Assembly (NCBI GenBank): GCA_013140575.1
Contig: JABFSN010000074.1
Location: 4,431-68,430, forward strand
Source: Phycisphaerales bacterium
GTDB lineage: Bacteria; Planctomycetota; Phycisphaerae; UBA1845
Reading direction: 5' to 3'
Length of the DNA: 64,000 bases
Shown here: in pieces, positions 57,948 through 64,000 of the stretch
Layout: the number at the start of each line of letters is the position of its first letter
Numbering within the stretch: position 1 is the first letter of the stretch
Notes under the pieces: model-generated
The model's database searches: none
The model's input: the letters and a program-made list of their open reading frames with translations, nothing else
Told to the model about the DNA's origin: nothing
Translations under genes and position numbers: made by a program

Positions 57948-60290
57948 ATGCGCGCGGAAGCACGCGGCAGTTGTGTCCGATTGATCCCGCGTTTCGAGAA
58001 ACTGAGTTCATCGTGCCAGGGTTGGTGGCTGGTCGTTATGTTGCTGGGCGTAGCGACGACGCCGGCGATCGCGCAGCGTGATCCGGCGGCGGGAGATCGC
58101 GACGCGCCCGTCGTTCGTTGTGGAAAGGCGGAGGCGGCGTTGCGGCTGATGCGGGCCGCGAAGGTCGAACCGCCGGAGCAGCCGGCAGCGGCCTATCTCG
58201 CGGCGATGGGCGACACGGATGTCCTGCACAACGATCTGGACATCGAGCTCACCAACATCAATCCCGCCACCAACTCCTGCACCATCACCGGCAGGAATAC
58301 GATGACCATTCGAAGCACGACTGGCGCGTTGACGGAGTTCCAGTTTCGCCTGCGGAATCAGTTCAGCATTACCGGCGCGTTCGTCAACGGATCCACGCCG
58401 GTCACGGTGACCGCGCCCACTTCCTCGACCCGAAGCGTGACGCTCGATCGCGCGTACGGAATCGATGAAGTGTTCACGCTGAGAATTGAATACAACGGGA
58501 CGACCGTGTCGGCCGCGTTCGGCTCGATCGAGGTGCGAACCCACTCGGGCGGCATTCCGGTCGTGGCGTCGCTGAGCGAGCCCTATTACGCGTATACTTG
58601 GTGGCCCGCGAAAGACGGCGACGTCTTCCTGCCGGGGGACAATTCGGACAAGGCGACGCTCGATTTCGCGCTCACGGCGCCGAGCAGCTACACGGTGGCG
58701 GCGAACGGGTTGCTGGAGGGCGTCGATTTACTGTCGGGATCGCGCAGCCGGCATCGATGGGCGAGCGCGTATCCGATGACGACCTATCTGGTGAGTTTCT
58801 CGGCCACTCAATACAACAGTTGGACGGTCAACTACGCCCATCCGGGCGGGTCGATGCCCGTGCAGTTTTTCATTTATCCGAGCAACGATAACGCCAGCAA
58901 CCGCCTTGGGTGGGAAAAGGTGGTGACCATGCTGGGGACGTTCCGCCCGCTGTACGGCGAGTACCCGTTCGTTGATGAGAAGTACGGCATCTACAACTTC
59001 CCGTTCGGCGGCGGCATGGAACACCAGACGATGACCGGACAGAGCGCGTTTTCGGAAGGACTGAGCGCGCACGAACTGGCGCACCAGTGGTGGGGCGATG
59101 CGGTGACGTGCAAGACATGGAATCACATCTGGCTGAACGAGGGTTTTGCGAGCTACGCCGAGGCGCTATGGGCGGAGCACAAGCCGGGCAGCAGCGGGTT
59201 GCCGGCGCTCAAGAGCGCCATGGCGGGAATGAAGTACACCGGTCCGGGAAGCGTGTACGTTTACGACGACGAAGTGGACAGCCTGTGGGACATTTTCGAC
59301 GGCAGCACCAGTTACGACAAGGGCGCTTGGGTTCTGCACATGCTGCGGCACGTGCTCGGCGACCCGTCGTTCTTCGCGGCGCTCGCCGACTATCGGGCGC
59401 TGTTTGAAGACGCGGCCGCGACCACGGAGGATTTCCAGGCCGTGTGCGAGGGTCATTATCCCGGCGGCGACCTTGACTGGTTCTTTTCGCAGTGGGTTTA
59501 CGAGGAGGGGGCGCCGTCCTACGCATGGGGGTGGACGACGACGCAGGTCAATGGGAAGCAATACCTGTTGATCTCGGTCGACCAAACCCAGTCGGCGGCG
59601 TATCCGCGATTCACCATGCCGATCGACCTCGTCGTCGGCGGGTCGACGGTGGCCGTTTTTAACGACAGCGACACGGAGCATTTCGTGATTCCCGTGCTTT
59701 CGTCGCCCGCGTCGGTCTCGTTCGATCCGAATGCGTGGGTGTTGTGGGGCAGTCGCACGGAGGGGGCGTACACGCCGGGCCCGCCGACCATCGTGGAGAC
59801 GTCACCCGCTCCCGGCGCGTTCGTGGAAGCGCGGGATTTTCAGAACACCATCAGCGTCTACTTTCACGCGCCGGTGAACCTCGCTCCGGGCGATGTGTCG
59901 CTGGTCGGGGACGCGACCGGGCCGCGGTCGTTCACCCTGGCATCGCAGTCGGGCGTGAATCCGGTCGTGCTGAACCTCGACGGCCCGCTCCAGGCGGACA
60001 CCTACACCGTGACCATAGGCGACGGCGTGACGGGCGCATCGGGCGGACTGGCGCTCGATGGCGAGCTGATCGATCCTGACGATGCGGCCTCGTTTCCATC
60101 CGGCGACGGAAGCCCCGGCGGCGTGGCGATCATTCGTTTTCAGGCAGGTTCGATGGTGCCCCAGTCGTCCGCGTGGGGCGTGCTCGTAACCGTCTTCGGC
60201 GTGTTGATCGTGGCCACGGTCGTTCTTCACGGACGCCGGGCCGCGCCATCGCTGGGCACCGTCCAGTCCCAGCCTGTACTCCGCGGGTGA
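57948..60290 (+). CDS. Secreted M1 family aminopeptidase with Ig-like domain and IPTL-CTERM-like anchor
   Basis: GGMEH, HELAHQWWGD...WLNEGFASY, YDKGAWVLHMLR; C-terminus VPQSSAWGVLVTVFGVLIVATVVLHGRR. Confidence 0.9.
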   Translation: MRAEARGSCVRLIPRFEKLSSSCQGWWLVVMLLGVATTPAIAQRDPAAGDRDAPVVRCGKAEAALRLMRAAKVEPPEQPAAAYLAAMGDTDVLHNDLDIELTNINPATNSCTITGRNTMTIRSTTGALTEFQFRLRNQFSITGAFVNGSTPVTVTAPTSSTRSVTLDRAYGIDEVFTLRIEYNGTTVSAAFGSIEVRTHSGGIPVVASLSEPYYAYTWWPAKDGDVFLPGDNSDKATLDFALTAPSSYTVAANGLLEGVDLLSGSRSRHRWASAYPMTTYLVSFSATQYNSWTVNYAHPGGSMPVQFFIYPSNDNASNRLGWEKVVTMLGTFRPLYGEYPFVDEKYGIYNFPFGGGMEHQTMTGQSAFSEGLSAHELAHQWWGDAVTCKTWNHIWLNEGFASYAEALWAEHKPGSSGLPALKSAMAGMKYTGPGSVYVYDDEVDSLWDIFDGSTSYDKGAWVLHMLRHVLGDPSFFAALADYRALFEDAAATTEDFQAVCEGHYPGGDLDWFFSQWVYEEGAPSYAWGWTTTQVNGKQYLLISVDQTQSAAYPRFTMPIDLVVGGSTVAVFNDSDTEHFVIPVLSSPASVSFDPNAWVLWGSRTEGAYTPGPPTIVETSPAPGAFVEARDFQNTISVYFHAPVNLAPGDVSLVGDATGPRSFTLASQSGVNPVVLNLDGPLQADTYTVTIGDGVTGASGGLALDGELIDPDDAASFPSGDGSPGGVAIIRFQAGSMVPQSSAWGVLVTVFGVLIVATVVLHGRRAAPSLGTVQSQPVLRG

Positions 60291-60388
60291 ACACGCGGAC
60301 GCGGGGAACGCACGATGACCGGGTCACGTGGCAGGCGGAGCACCTCACCGACGGTAATACCGCCCGGGCGGGTGTGCGGGTACCAAAA

Positions 60389-63300
60389 CTATGCCGTCAG
60401 GGCGACGGCGCGGCGGGTCGGCACGTTGCGAACCGATCCGGCGCCTACCGGCTCGACGGGCGGCGTCCACGGAATCGGCCGATTGAGCGCGCTCAGCACG
60501 CTGATGTGTTCCGGTGGAATCAACCGGACCAATTCGGTCTGCAATCGTTCATCAAACAGGATTCCGATGCCCCGCGAGCAGCGCATGGTCACGCAAATGC
60601 CGTCGTCCAGACGAAACCGCAAATGGGGCATTTGCTCGCCCGGATAGCCGCGGAACAACTCGCGAAGCGCCGGCAAGATGTCCGATCCCTCGCCGTCCGT
60701 CGCGGGGATTTCGATCACGATGTTGCGGCCCAGCGATCGCGCCGCGTCGGCGGCCGGTATGACGTCCGTCACCCGTAGCGACGGCTCCTCGCGTTTTCGA
60801 TCGACCTCGCCGCACAAGAACACGACCGCATCCGGTTTCAGCATGGCCGTGAACCGGGGCACGTCGTTCGGAAACACGATGGCCTCGACCGTGCCGGTCA
60901 AATCTTCCAGCGTGATCAGGGACATTTTCTTTTGCGTCCGGGTCATCACCGATCGCGACGCCGTCACCAGCCCACCCAGCACCACGGAGGTTCCTTCCGG
61001 CAAGCTCCCCAGATCAACCGTGCGGCTGGTCGCGCACGATTCAATCAGCGGACCCGCGTTCACCAACGGGTGCCGCGTGATGTAGAAACCCAGCGCCGCT
61101 TTTTCGCGGGCCAGCATCTCGGCCTCGGTCCATTCTCCGGTCGGCAGCTTCAGCTCCACCGGCTTGGCGGCCGCGTCGCCTCCGAAGAGCCCCATCTGTC
61201 CCGATCGTTTGTCCGACTGGGCCTTGCCGCCCGCGTCGATGGCCGCATCCAGCACCAGCGTCAACGCCTTGCGCATGGCCCCCGTCGAATCGAACGCCCC
61301 GCTGTTGATCAACGGCTCCACCGCCGATCGCCCGCACGCGGTCAGATCGACGCGTTCGCAGAAATCGAACAGGCTGTCGAACGGCCCCCCGTCATCCCGC
61401 GCCGCCCGGATCGCCGCCGCCGCCTTCTCGCCGAATCCCTTGACGGCGCACAATCCGAACCGTATCGCCGAACGCGCCTCGCCGCCCACGCCCGTCCGGT
61501 CGACCGTGAAATCGTTGTTCGATGCGTTCACGTCCGGCGGCAGCACCTCGATCCCCATTTTCCGGCATTCGTCGATGTATTCGACCACTTTGCCCGTGTT
61601 GCCCATTTCAAACGTCAGCAGCGCGGACATAAACTCGACCGGGTAATACGCCTTCAACCAGGCCGTCTGATGCGCGATCAATGCGTAACCCGTCGAATGG
61701 GCCTTGTTGAACGCATAGCCCCCGAACTTCAAAATGTCCTCGAAAACGTGTTCGGCCGCGTCCCGCGACACGCCGTTCCGGGCGCAACCTTCGTAGAACG
61801 GCGCCCGTTCGGCCTCGATCATCGACGTCTTTTTCTTGCTGATGGCCTTGGCCAGCCGGAACGCGCGTTTCAATTCGATTCCGCCCAGCCGGTTCACCAG
61901 CCGCGAAACCTGTTCCTGATAGACCATGATGCCGTACGTTTCGGACAGAACCTCGGTCATGATCGGGTGCGGCGTCTTCCACGGCTCGCCGTGCTTGCGT
62001 GCGATGTAGGCGTCGATGTATTGCATCGGACCCGGGCGGAACAATGCGTTGGCCGCGATCAGGTCCTCGATGCGGTTGGGCTTCATCCGCATCACCACGT
62101 CGCGCATCCCGCCGGATTCAAACTGGAATATGCCCCGCGTTTCGCCCCGGGCGAACAACTCGTAAACCCGTGGATCGGTTAGATCGAGCCGGTCCATGTC
62201 GATCGTCTCGCCCGTCGCCCGTTCCACCAGTTCCCGCGTGCGGGCGATGGTCGTCAACGTACGCAGACCCAGTAAATCGAATTTCAGCAGCCCGACCCGT
62301 TCCACCGTCGGTCCGTCGTATTGCGTGACGATCTGCTCGACGCTCGGCGACTTGTACAGCGGCAGAAACTCGTCCAGCGCCGTGTCGGCCACCACCACGC
62401 CGGCCGCGTGAACCCCCGCGTGCCGCGACAGCCCCTCCACGCGCTTCGCGATGTCGATGATCCGCCGGACTTCGCCGTCGGTTTCGTATCGCTGCCGCAG
62501 TTCGGGCTCCAGTTCCATCGCCCGCTCGATGGTCACGTTCAATTCGGCCGGAATCAGATTGGTCAGTTCGTTGGCCTCCTTGAACCCCATCCCCAGCACG
62601 CGGGAAACATCCTTGACCGCCGCCTTCGCCTTCAACGTCCCGAACGTGATGATGTTGGCCACGTGCCCGTATTTCCGCCGGACGTATTCGATGACCTCGG
62701 CCCGGCCGTTCTGGCAGATGTCCACGTCAATATCCGGCATTTCGTCACGGTCGGGATCCATGAATCGCTCGAAATACAGCCCGTAGCGCAACGGGTCGGG
62801 CATGGAAATGTCCAGGCAGAACGACACCACGGCGCTGCATCCGCTGCCCCGCGCCGCGCACGGAATTCCACGCGATCGCGCGTAGGTCATGAAATCCCAG
62901 ACGATTAGAAAATAGCCGCTGAACCCCTTCTCCGTGATAACGCCCAGTTCGTAATCAATCCGTTCGCGGATTTCATCCGACACGCGGCCGTATTTACGAT
63001 TCGCCCCGTCGTAAACCAGTTCCCGCAGGTATTGATTCTCGTCACGCTCGTCCGGCAGCCTGTACACCGGTGCGTGCCGCGTCTTGAAATCCAGATCGAC
63101 GTTGCACAAATCCGCCACCCGCAGCGTGTTGGCGATCGCATCCGGATAGGATTCGAACAGCGCCGCCATCTCGTCGGGCGTCTTGAAATAGAACTGGTCC
63201 GTCGGGAATTTCAGCCGGTCCTCGTCCGTCACCAGGTTGCGCGTGCTGATGCAGCACAACACGTCGTGCGCTTCCGCGTCGTCGTGGTCGAGATAGTGAA

Positions 63301-63937
63301 CGTCGTTCGTCGCAATCACCGGCACGCCCAGCCGCGTGGCGATGTCGATCAGCTCGGGATTGATCATCCGCTGCTCGGCCATGCCATGATCCTGCAGCTC
63401 AATGAAAAAACGGTCCGCGCCGAATATCTTCAGATACGCCTCGGCCACCTCCTCCGCCCGCTTGCGATCGTGCCGCAACAGCGCCTGCGGGATTTCCGCC
63501 CCCAGGCAGGTGCTCGTGCACAACAGCCCGGTCGAATGGGCCGCCAACGTCTCCATGTCGATCCGCGGCCGGTAGTAAAACCCCTCCAGATATCCGATCG
63601 ACGCCAGCTTCATCAGGTTCTGATACCCGTCGTTGTTCATCGCCAGCAGCAGCAGGTGATAACTCGCGTCCTTGATCCGCGACCCCTGCTTCATACGCCG
63701 ATCGCCCGGGGCTATGTACGCCTCGCACCCGATGATCGGCTTGACCCCGGCCGCGACCGCAGCGTGATAAAACTCGATCACCCCGAACATGTTGCCGTGG
63801 TCGGTGATTGCCACCGCGGGCATGTCCAACGACTTGGCCCGCTCGACCATGGGCTCAATGCGCGTGGCCCCGTCCAGCAGGCTGTAGTGCGTGTGCACGT
63901 GCAGGTGCACGAATCCAGTTCCGTTCGGCGTTGTCAT
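60389..63937 (-). CDS. dnaE: DNA polymerase III alpha subunit
   Basis: FVHLHVHTHYSLLDG (PHP), MPDIDVD, HAAGVV, GIFQFES, YAFNKAHS, C-terminal OB fold. Confidence 0.97.
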   Translation of the reverse strand: MTTPNGTGFVHLHVHTHYSLLDGATRIEPMVERAKSLDMPAVAITDHGNMFGVIEFYHAAVAAGVKPIIGCEAYIAPGDRRMKQGSRIKDASYHLLLLAMNNDGYQNLMKLASIGYLEGFYYRPRIDMETLAAHSTGLLCTSTCLGAEIPQALLRHDRKRAEEVAEAYLKIFGADRFFIELQDHGMAEQRMINPELIDIATRLGVPVIATNDVHYLDHDDAEAHDVLCCISTRNLVTDEDRLKFPTDQFYFKTPDEMAALFESYPDAIANTLRVADLCNVDLDFKTRHAPVYRLPDERDENQYLRELVYDGANRKYGRVSDEIRERIDYELGVITEKGFSGYFLIVWDFMTYARSRGIPCAARGSGCSAVVSFCLDISMPDPLRYGLYFERFMDPDRDEMPDIDVDICQNGRAEVIEYVRRKYGHVANIITFGTLKAKAAVKDVSRVLGMGFKEANELTNLIPAELNVTIERAMELEPELRQRYETDGEVRRIIDIAKRVEGLSRHAGVHAAGVVVADTALDEFLPLYKSPSVEQIVTQYDGPTVERVGLLKFDLLGLRTLTTIARTRELVERATGETIDMDRLDLTDPRVYELFARGETRGIFQFESGGMRDVVMRMKPNRIEDLIAANALFRPGPMQYIDAYIARKHGEPWKTPHPIMTEVLSETYGIMVYQEQVSRLVNRLGGIELKRAFRLAKAISKKKTSMIEAERAPFYEGCARNGVSRDAAEHVFEDILKFGGYAFNKAHSTGYALIAHQTAWLKAYYPVEFMSALLTFEMGNTGKVVEYIDECRKMGIEVLPPDVNASNNDFTVDRTGVGGEARSAIRFGLCAVKGFGEKAAAAIRAARDDGGPFDSLFDFCERVDLTACGRSAVEPLINSGAFDSTGAMRKALTLVLDAAIDAGGKAQSDKRSGQMGLFGGDAAAKPVELKLPTGEWTEAEMLAREKAALGFYITRHPLVNAGPLIESCATSRTVDLGSLPEGTSVVLGGLVTASRSVMTRTQKKMSLITLEDLTGTVEAIVFPNDVPRFTAMLKPDAVVFLCGEVDRKREEPSLRVTDVIPAADAARSLGRNIVIEIPATDGEGSDILPALRELFRGYPGEQMPHLRFRLDDGICVTMRCSRGIGILFDERLQTELVRLIPPEHISVLSALNRPIPWTPPVEPVGAGSVRNVPTRRAVALTA

Positions 63938-64000
63938 CGCCGACGAATCGTACGCGCTTCAATCAGCCGGTCAAAACGAGATTCGCCGGCGTCCGACGGA

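Noticed and set aside
60389-63937. Intein or split in dnaE
   Set aside because: The length (1182 aa) and motif spacing are normal, with no intein-like insertion visible.

Overview
This is a GC-rich bacterial chromosome segment. It is most likely Planctomycetota (Phycisphaerae-like), inferred from PEP-CTERM and IPTL-CTERM sorting signals, cohesin/dockerin Cys-rich secreted proteins, ASPIC/UnbV proteins and a ThrRS insertion. Housekeeping genes include adk, fdxA, tRNA-Pro(GGG), thrS-infC, infA, recQ, lepA, rocD and dnaE. Five accessory elements sit among them. (1) An AT-richer, tightly coupled three-gene operon at 9.1-11.9 kb (Dam-family methylase, orphan ParB-fold protein, PRTase-like protein) has no nuclease and is my best candidate for an undescribed defence or DNA-modification system. 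(2) A 15-kb cluster of secreted cohesin-, dockerin-, vWA- and disulfide-repeat proteins at 27.6-42.6 kb could build a cellulosome-like, mostly non-enzymatic surface scaffold. (3) A glycosylation cluster is interrupted by an atypical HicAB module. (4) There is a divergent arsR/arsM pair. (5) Several REP-like palindrome families occur, including copies bracketing a toxin-antitoxin pair and two copies translated in frame inside a gene. thrS appears to start at CTG and infC at ATC. All calls come from motif recognition by eye; no database searches were run.
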